A stretch of 64,000 bases of DNA, taken from IMG/VR virus record IMGVR_UViG_3300021603_000005, positions 32,001 to 96,000 of that record; one strand, 5' to 3'. A model generated the notes under the pieces. The model saw only the letters and a program-made list of their open reading frames with translations, was not told where the DNA came from and searched no databases. Origin of the DNA: a virus. Its lineage: Duplodnaviria > Caudoviricetes. Positions 57,209 to 64,000 of the stretch are shown here, piece by piece; within the stretch, counting starts at the first letter, position 1, and each line of letters begins with the position of its first letter. The translations under genes were made by a program, and so were the position numbers.

Positions 57209-57214
57209 TTAATA

Positions 57215-57856
57215 TTAGATATACTCTACTTCAACTGCTAATCCAAACAACTTGCTATTTGGTGTGTTTGGAGTACATGATATCGCAACATACCAGTCGT
57301 GCCTTGTATCGATAGTTAGGTCGCCGTTAGGGCGTAAACCAGATGTGCCGGGTGTATCTATCAAACCAAGGGACTCAGATCCATGGACCCAAGACCAAGC
57401 CTCATCACCGGAACCCGTATTATCTTGCGACGTAGACGTATGTATAATCTCGCTACAGTAACACAGCAATCCAGACGGGTCATGAGACAGGACATTTCCG
57501 TCATAAATGTACATCGCCGCATTTTGTGTTCTTACCGCTTCTACGTGCTCGAATCTGATATTGAGTGATGCCATATAATTAGGCAAATTTCTTAATGGAA
57601 TTCCATCGCCCACTTGACCAAATATAACCCCGGATGCCCCATTTATTCCACTAAGCGAGCCTCCTGTACCAATGGTCAGCTTATTATTATTGCACTCTAT
57701 TCCATTGGTCAGGCCAGACGGATCAGTGATGAATGTTCTCCCTTGAAACGATCCTATGCCTACAGGAGATCCGAATCCAGAATCACCATAAAATCCTATA
57801 CCCGAGCCAATTGCTAGACTAGTTTGATTGTTTATCCATATGCTTATATTGGCCAT
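57215..57856 (-). CDS. probable virion structural protein, paralog B
   Basis: Shares GSG.GFYG, LN.RF, TQNA, PSG, GSGD..W, HDWYVAIS and FGL.VE.EY with 56563-57177. Confidence 0.7.
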   Translation of the reverse strand: MANISIWINNQTSLAIGSGIGFYGDSGFGSPVGIGSFQGRTFITDPSGLTNGIECNNNKLTIGTGGSLSGINGASGVIFGQVGDGIPLRNLPNYMASLNIRFEHVEAVRTQNAAMYIYDGNVLSHDPSGLLCYCSEIIHTSTSQDNTGSGDEAWSWVHGSESLGLIDTPGTSGLRPNGDLTIDTRHDWYVAISCTPNTPNSKLFGLAVEVEYI

Positions 57857-57869
57857 AATACCCTCTCTT

Positions 57870-57879
57870 TTTTATACAC
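57870..57879 (-). promoter_or_regulatory. GTGTATAAAA putative late promoter
   Basis: 13 nt upstream of ATG 57856; recurring motif. Confidence 0.65.
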
Positions 57880-58700
57880 TATACCGGATCTGCGTACATG
57901 TAATATCTGTGACCGAGATAGTTTAGCATATCATATACGCCAAGAATAGATAAGAGCGTATATTGATACTGCGATTCTTTATACCAATTTATATCAACAC
58001 TTTCTATATCTCCGGTCGGCGGGGGTAGATTATCCATCATGTTCGGAAATCCCATAAAGTAGACATATCGATCCGTGATATCATAACGAAGTTTTGGATG
58101 ATAGTATAATAAATTTGGGTCGGCGATTTGGTCTGGACCGGCCGTATAATAATATGCCTTGTGTGAAACCGGTTGGAATGGTGGCAGCGGAGAGATAATG
58201 GGATCTATTTCTTCAAAAATAAAACCAGCATCATGATTTTGTAGATGTTTTAATCTTAATTGCTCGAACCAGCTTTTGAATAATGGTATTGCTTCATTGT
58301 AGTTATCTATCGAAGCCATTCCCCAGGAATTGTTTTCGTCATCGGTATCATGCCCATAGACCATTGTCTGTGTGCCGTCAATTAACTTCAATGGAAGCGC
58401 CAACGAACTGATAGTTTTGTAGTCTGTATACGGCTGATGATTATAGAAGGCATATAATATATTAAATTGCCTTAGTATATTTTTAAGTAAGAATGTATCA
58501 CACACTACATTCTGTTGATTAGATATTATATTATCAAAAAAGGTATCCATATATGGACACGTTACCCTTTGAACGTTTACGCCATATCCTGCATATGGTG
58601 GTATACTATAAAACCCATAGAACACATCAACAAACGGGGGTATTACATCTCCACTAACAACAAATGGTATCTGTAGGTATGGATCTGTCACAGTTGCCAT
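57879..58700 (-). CDS. hypothetical virion-module protein
   Basis: 273 aa, Tyr/Pro-rich, coupled to upstream tail gene. Confidence 0.7.
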   Translation of the reverse strand: MATVTDPYLQIPFVVSGDVIPPFVDVFYGFYSIPPYAGYGVNVQRVTCPYMDTFFDNIISNQQNVVCDTFLLKNILRQFNILYAFYNHQPYTDYKTISSLALPLKLIDGTQTMVYGHDTDDENNSWGMASIDNYNEAIPLFKSWFEQLRLKHLQNHDAGFIFEEIDPIISPLPPFQPVSHKAYYYTAGPDQIADPNLLYYHPKLRYDITDRYVYFMGFPNMMDNLPPPTGDIESVDINWYKESQYQYTLLSILGVYDMLNYLGHRYYMYADPV

Positions 58701-58701
58701 A

Positions 58702-61245
58702 TTATGATATCTCCGATGGATACATGAATACGTTCATTGCCTGATCTATATATGGCTTAAAGGTATGGTTTTCTTGTTCAACCCATCTTACAGAAACTGC
58801 TGTGCCAACCGGGATATATCCAGGACCGGAATATGGCTCACCAAGATTTAGAACCGTATCAAGTAAATTTAATTCACTATCCGTAAACATTGATGTATCA
58901 CCCTCTACTACCGTAACTTCGTAGTTTGGTGGTCCGACCTTAGACGATGGTGGATTCAACGACCTGGCAATAGTGCATTTAAGTTCCGGTGGTGACGGTA
59001 GGGCCTCTTCAACGACCCATGCAGTAACAGCAACTATATTATTTGATGTATATCTATCTGGATACAATCCCCATTTGGCTGGTTTTATTCTTAAGAACAT
59101 TCCAATTGGTAGGTGTGCAGGTGCGTCTGGGTACTCAGATAGGTTTGTTACTGCAACATTAAATATGGCAGCGGGAACAAGTTGGACATACCCATTAACA
59201 AGAGTCTGTTTGTGAATTTGACACATATACCACGGATGATCACTATCCCTACTAATTATCTTGGCGACGATTGACCCATCACCCCCAGCACCACGATTAA
59301 CCCTATGCTCTGGAGGATCTTTAAAAATATCCTCTGGATATTCTGGATATTGTTGTCTAGCCTGATCTCTTTTGAGCTTGTCAATCAACTCTTGATAGTA
59401 TCTTTGATATCTACCAAGTTCGTTGGTATAGAGATTGCACTTATAAACGGTTGTTACACCACGAATATCATACGATACACTAATATTTGTGATATTGGTT
59501 CCACGACCAATTGCTGTTCCAAGATTAACTGTTGGTAATCCAGGAACCTCTAATTCACCAGTATCAAACTCTGTAATACGATGTGTGTATGTTCTAATTC
59601 TGGCATATGCAATTTTGTTCATAATATCAATGGCATCATCCATAGACATGCCACGATACGAGTACGCCCATGGCGTTAATGACGAATCAAAGACAACCCT
59701 TGTTTTTCCGGGCAATCTTAGTTGTGGTGGAATCAAAGTATCGCTCGTCCATGGGCCATATGAATCTCGACGATCAATAATCGGTATGTAAACAGAGCCG
59801 ACCTGTGTCATTCTAGACACTTCTCCGTTTGTCTCTAGTGCCCCATAACTAGTTCTAGTCCCAATCAAAACCTCTAGCGGGACCGGGAATGTAATAAGCA
59901 AAATGCTGCCCCGTTTATTCGATGGAGCGCCAGGCACCTTATATAGATCTACGCGATCTACCGATATCTTCATATAGTATCTGTTTTGGCCAGTTCCCAG
60001 TAAATCTGACGAGTCAACAACTTGATCTGCCCACTCACCACCAACGGTACTTGGATTATTTAGTACAGCGAAAGCAACCCATCTTCCATCACTGACACCA
60101 AATTTCAATTGACCGTCTGTTGGTAAACTTTCTGGAGAAGTATTGTCCTCCCACCACCCCTCATTAACAGTATCTATCCATGGAACATTGTCGCTATCAA
60201 TTAATGACGCTGGTATGTCGATATAGAAGGTTCTTCCCCAGTGATTTTCAGCATAAGACGTTAGCGCCTTCAATTCTTCTTCTGGTAAATTGGTAATTCG
60301 ACCATTAAGAGCATCCTTCATCTCATCGATAGATGTGAATCTTGTTCTTATTATTCCTTCCCTAGACACTATCTTAAATCTTGGGGAAGTTAATACGCCT
60401 CCTTCGTCATCGAATCCCCAAAATGGTTTAAGTAGACTGCCATTATATTTTGTAAGTGTTTGTTTGTTAGCCCCAAGAACTATCGTTCTTGTTACCTCGT
60501 CTCGATTTTCTACACCAGTTACCAGTCGAATAACAGAATTTGGATATTGACTAGCTAGTCCATCCATATCAAGAGAAACAACTTTTCGCTGTAGTGTACG
60601 AACATAAACGTCGTAGACAGATCCATTTTTAACAGTATCTACATACCATTCGAATCCATGATCATCTGCTACTTGATTAATAAATTCTATTAACGACATT
60701 GCAGAGCCACGAACCCTGTATGGAATACGCTCATTCAATCCAGTTGTGCTTTGTATAGTTCGCGATGTTGTTGTGATATCGCTAAGATTGACACGAAACG
60801 ATATCTCCCCATATTTATAGATAACGCTCTCTATCCTATTTTTGATAGTAGAATATTTAACCCCTCCTACCAAATCCTCATTTGTTTCGGGCTGAACTAA
60901 TACTACATTTTCCCCAAGATTAACTCCTGTTGGTGACTGAACAACCACCTGAACACAATCCATTGCAGGTCTCATATCAGTCATGCGAACCGAATATACA
61001 CCGCTTCCGGCCACATTAATAATCTGATTATCCCACATCTGTATTAAGCCATAAAAATCTAACGACCCTATCTGTATATGCTCAATGTGTCTCATGCCCT
61101 GTCGTGGTAATCCGGCAAGCGTAAAATGATGTGATTCATCCTCTACGACAGACATATTATATGTCGTTGGGTTTTGGTTCCAACCAAACTGAGCACCAAA
61201 ACTCCTAAGATAACAACCAAAGATAATCTTTTGCTGAATTTCCAT
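58702..61245 (-). CDS. probable tail tip/baseplate hub protein
   Basis: 847 aa; hub-like pattern (SL.EFI..VA...GFEWYV; ITNISVSY...GVTT.Y); two C-terminal P.Y...NL.E....P..P.G repeats. Confidence 0.6.
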   Translation of the reverse strand: MEIQQKIIFGCYLRSFGAQFGWNQNPTTYNMSVVEDESHHFTLAGLPRQGMRHIEHIQIGSLDFYGLIQMWDNQIINVAGSGVYSVRMTDMRPAMDCVQVVVQSPTGVNLGENVVLVQPETNEDLVGGVKYSTIKNRIESVIYKYGEISFRVNLSDITTTSRTIQSTTGLNERIPYRVRGSAMSLIEFINQVADDHGFEWYVDTVKNGSVYDVYVRTLQRKVVSLDMDGLASQYPNSVIRLVTGVENRDEVTRTIVLGANKQTLTKYNGSLLKPFWGFDDEGGVLTSPRFKIVSREGIIRTRFTSIDEMKDALNGRITNLPEEELKALTSYAENHWGRTFYIDIPASLIDSDNVPWIDTVNEGWWEDNTSPESLPTDGQLKFGVSDGRWVAFAVLNNPSTVGGEWADQVVDSSDLLGTGQNRYYMKISVDRVDLYKVPGAPSNKRGSILLITFPVPLEVLIGTRTSYGALETNGEVSRMTQVGSVYIPIIDRRDSYGPWTSDTLIPPQLRLPGKTRVVFDSSLTPWAYSYRGMSMDDAIDIMNKIAYARIRTYTHRITEFDTGELEVPGLPTVNLGTAIGRGTNITNISVSYDIRGVTTVYKCNLYTNELGRYQRYYQELIDKLKRDQARQQYPEYPEDIFKDPPEHRVNRGAGGDGSIVAKIISRDSDHPWYMCQIHKQTLVNGYVQLVPAAIFNVAVTNLSEYPDAPAHLPIGMFLRIKPAKWGLYPDRYTSNNIVAVTAWVVEEALPSPPELKCTIARSLNPPSSKVGPPNYEVTVVEGDTSMFTDSELNLLDTVLNLGEPYSGPGYIPVGTAVSVRWVEQENHTFKPYIDQAMNVFMYPSEIS

Positions 61246-62945
61246 TAGAACCCTTCCTTGATAAGGTATCTAATTGTCCTGTCGTATGTAAATGCTGTTG
61301 GACTCCAATTTTCACTATCCCCTATCATAATAAAACCACTAGACGGAATACTTAGGTATTCATCGCACATTGTTCGCATAACGGAACTTGACGGTCTGGC
61401 CGTATATCCCTTACCCTTTATCGTAATTGTAGTGATTTTTTCGTTAACAGTATTCATGTCCTGGATCACTGGACCCAAAAGCCTTCCAGGTATCGGAAGG
61501 ATAGCAGTTATTTGAGCACGATTCTGGTCTTGTATACTAACTTCTAATTGATTATCAGATGATGTATCCCACGTCCATGACACCCTAATGGTACCCGATT
61601 TTTCATTGACAGCAGACACCTTGGTTCGTATTGTATTGCTTACTACGGATGTGTCTGGTATCAGCGAATCTATTATCTCAATAGCCTTTTCCCTGGCCGC
61701 AGCGTCACTGGGAACAGCACCCCTAGCATTATTCAGTTTTTCCTCTGATGTATCGCCAAGTCCACGGATATCTGCCGATAGAGTAATAACATACTGACTA
61801 TTTTCTGAAGTATAGTTAACGTTAGCTTCGTAGTAGATTAGTACGTCTGGATTCTCGGTACTATTCCATTCGTATGAAAACGAGGCGGTTCCTTGTGACT
61901 GATTAAGTCCGACAGACTTCACATATGGAGATTCGCCTATCGTTGCCCCACCTAATAATGTGCCAACAGCGATAAGAGCTTCTGCTCTTGCCATGGATTG
62001 TGATGGAACATAATCCCTGGCGATGTCCATAGCGGAGACATCTCCAGCAGCCTTGTTACTAGACACTCCATAAACAATTCCGTCGTATCTGACACGATAT
62101 TCGTCATTTTCCTGCGAATAGTCTATGCTAAAGCTTTTCTCTATGTAATGGTTGCCAGAGCCAAGTGTCCATGACTCCTTTATGGAGTATGTTCCGTCGA
62201 ACGATCCTATACTTGATGTTTTGGTGTACGCGCCACCCATCCATGTATCTACACCAATAATGCTGGTTAGAACGCCAGACGGAATAAGTCCTATCGCCTT
62301 TGTGTCACACCACGCTTTTGCGTGTTGCCACGCTTCTTCTCCATCGTACTTACTGCCCGTTTCGTCGTACCCAAGTATTCCACGCGCGTTAACATCGTGT
62401 GTAACCCTAAACATCTGACCTTCGCGACCTTCCATATCCTCGAAAGACCACGCCTCTCCAGCAGATTCTATTAAATCAAAGTTGAATGTATCTTCATGAC
62501 TTAGCGTTCCATTGATGTATATCCAATCGGCCTGAAGCCTAATTGTATAGTCACACCTCTGTGTCCATATACCCTCTGTGAAGCTAATATCCAGTATTCG
62601 TGGGTTGCACTTCACGACCGGTTGACCAGATTGCGGTTGCCACTCTAATGATTGTCCGTCTTGCGAAAACAACCATCTAATAGCCTCTTGTTTACGTAAT
62701 ATAGAATTAAAATCTTCATTATTTTCCGCATACGATTCGTCTGGTGGATAGTTAGACAACTCCCAAAATGCATCGGCTAGATTTGTGTAATGACCACTAG
62801 GAGATCCTTTAAATGGCAACAATGTTCCAGTCAGGGTAATGTCGTAGTTGGCACCAATCTTACCACCGTCCTCGGTTGTTTGATAGGTTTTATTCAGTGT
62901 TACCAGTGGTGCTGGTATGATTGCCTTTCCGCTATATCGCAACAT
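61245..62945 (-). CDS. probable tail protein with ~100-aa internal repeats
   Basis: Repeats ...Y..EN..Y....G.....AR..VPS...AR..A...N...GT..(S)..W. Confidence 0.6.
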   Translation of the reverse strand: MLRYSGKAIIPAPLVTLNKTYQTTEDGGKIGANYDITLTGTLLPFKGSPSGHYTNLADAFWELSNYPPDESYAENNEDFNSILRKQEAIRWLFSQDGQSLEWQPQSGQPVVKCNPRILDISFTEGIWTQRCDYTIRLQADWIYINGTLSHEDTFNFDLIESAGEAWSFEDMEGREGQMFRVTHDVNARGILGYDETGSKYDGEEAWQHAKAWCDTKAIGLIPSGVLTSIIGVDTWMGGAYTKTSSIGSFDGTYSIKESWTLGSGNHYIEKSFSIDYSQENDEYRVRYDGIVYGVSSNKAAGDVSAMDIARDYVPSQSMARAEALIAVGTLLGGATIGESPYVKSVGLNQSQGTASFSYEWNSTENPDVLIYYEANVNYTSENSQYVITLSADIRGLGDTSEEKLNNARGAVPSDAAAREKAIEIIDSLIPDTSVVSNTIRTKVSAVNEKSGTIRVSWTWDTSSDNQLEVSIQDQNRAQITAILPIPGRLLGPVIQDMNTVNEKITTITIKGKGYTARPSSSVMRTMCDEYLSIPSSGFIMIGDSENWSPTAFTYDRTIRYLIKEGF

Positions 62946-62957
62946 TGCTATTCTCCA

Positions 62958-63998
62958 TTAGTATCCATGCTCATAGAAAGTTATATACCCAGATGACAGG
63001 GTTCCGTATGCCGTGAAACCATACACAAATAAGTCGATATTGCTCGTCGATATAGTGTTAGTTCCATTGGTAAAGAGATTAATCTTGCTATTTTTGGTCG
63101 TATGTCCGTGGACCATAAATTCTACGTTGTCATATGATATACCAGAAATTCCAAAGACATACAGATTTGTTACACCAGAAGGCCATTCAAAACCTGTAAT
63201 ACACATGTCAATATACGCCACTTCCCCAGTATGTACGTCAAGATATAGTGGCCAGGAACCACTTGTGTCGTATGATAATTCTCCATCTCCTATGGTATAA
63301 AGATCGCATATACCAGACGAGTTAATGTCTGGTCCGCTGATAAACAGACCTATGTATCCGCTTGGCCAAGACAACGTTTGCATAAACAGCGGACATGTAA
63401 TTCCGCCGCTCTGTGTAATAATTCCAGATTCTACGTTTATAAACAGGTGCCAGGATTGATCCATCGTAGATGGAGCAGAATCGTTGTACACCGATAGGGG
63501 CAATGACTTTAATGTAAATCCAAGTGTTTGTCCAGATGGAGATCCATAGACCATTAAGTCTAACGAAGAATTTTCATCACCATCATAGGTCTTCAAAAAT
63601 AATGGCTGACTATATCCAAATATTCCATATACATATAGATCAACAGATTCTGTTATAATCTGTGCCTTCAGGAATAAGTCAACTGACTCAGAACAGATCT
63701 CCGGACCCATCGTATGTAAATCGATTGAACCAGAAGATAGTAAGTGCCCATTTTCTGTTACATCAATATTACCAGACGATACGTCTGCCGACGACACAAA
63801 CAGATCGATGCTATCGCTTACAGATTCAAAACCTCCAATAATGGTGTCGATAAAACCACTTTGCTTTTCGTGTCCACCTAAATGTAAGTCAATTGTGTTG
63901 GCTGGATAAAAATCCATCGGAATAAGAGAAAGGCCACATTGATATATTTTTTGTAATTCATCATAAGTAAATTTTGGAATATTTTTCCATAAAACAAC
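62958..63998 (-). CDS. large virion protein, C-terminal part (5' truncated by window edge)
   Basis: Frame is open past ATG 63917 to the edge (VVLWKN...TYDEL.KIY, like the end of a LamG domain); ~14-aa S(G)xIDLFV.G repeats. Confidence 0.7.
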   Translation of the reverse strand, partial: VVLWKNIPKFTYDELQKIYQCGLSLIPMDFYPANTIDLHLGGHEKQSGFIDTIIGGFESVSDSIDLFVSSADVSSGNIDVTENGHLLSSGSIDLHTMGPEICSESVDLFLKAQIITESVDLYVYGIFGYSQPLFLKTYDGDENSSLDLMVYGSPSGQTLGFTLKSLPLSVYNDSAPSTMDQSWHLFINVESGIITQSGGITCPLFMQTLSWPSGYIGLFISGPDINSSGICDLYTIGDGELSYDTSGSWPLYLDVHTGEVAYIDMCITGFEWPSGVTNLYVFGISGISYDNVEFMVHGHTTKNSKINLFTNGTNTISTSNIDLFVYGFTAYGTLSSGYITFYEHGY

Positions 63999-64000
63999 TT

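Noticed and set aside
1-64000. Numerous antisense and alternate-frame ORFs in the track (e.g. 3395-3850, 7830-8357, 13701-14192, 59489-59791)
   Set aside because: They are shadows of well-supported genes and lack RBS or motifs
1-64000. CRISPR array, tRNA genes, DGR/retron reverse transcriptase
   Set aside because: No regularly spaced repeats, cloverleaf-sized intergenic sequences with T-loop motifs, or RT motifs were seen; the two Cas4-like nucleases are ordinary phage PD-(D/E)XK exonucleases

Overview
A 64-kb segment of a large, gene-dense dsDNA tailed bacteriophage in standard code 11 (TAA, TAG and TGA all end genes; many ATGA/TAATG overlaps). Positions 1-56250 are almost all on the + strand. 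In order: small hypothetical genes with MgtC and a Ycf46-AAA/DUF3150/DUF1257/DUF2997 module; a non-autonomous IS200/IS605 IsrB element with its omegaRNA; a pyrimidine-rich non-coding block; an amidoligase, a Lon-less BrxL ATPase, a degenerate ThyX-like gene, a tyrosine recombinase, ClpP and a sigma factor; a nucleotide-sugar/glycosyltransferase cluster; nucleotide metabolism (dCMP deaminase, class II RNR, dNMP kinase); replication and recombination (RNase H, RecA, DnaB, primase, a DnaE split around macrodomain and UDG genes, SSB); a second glycosyltransferase cluster led by a two-intein GT4; and Rad52-like and Whirly-like ssDNA proteins. From 56234 to the end a convergent minus-strand block encodes probable virion/tail proteins, two of which are preceded by a GTGTATAAAA motif that looks like a late promoter. 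The most striking signal is at 47449-47460: GGT-TGA-CTA-GGC interrupts the GT4 catalytic EX7E motif just after an intein, and skipping 9 nt between the two Gly codons restores the motif exactly (candidate programmed ribosomal stop-hop). A second lead is a possible virion-glycosylation system, pairing about 9-11 glycosyltransferases with Ser-Gly-rich structural proteins. All family calls are from motif recognition by eye; no searches were run. No tRNA, rRNA or CRISPR array was seen.
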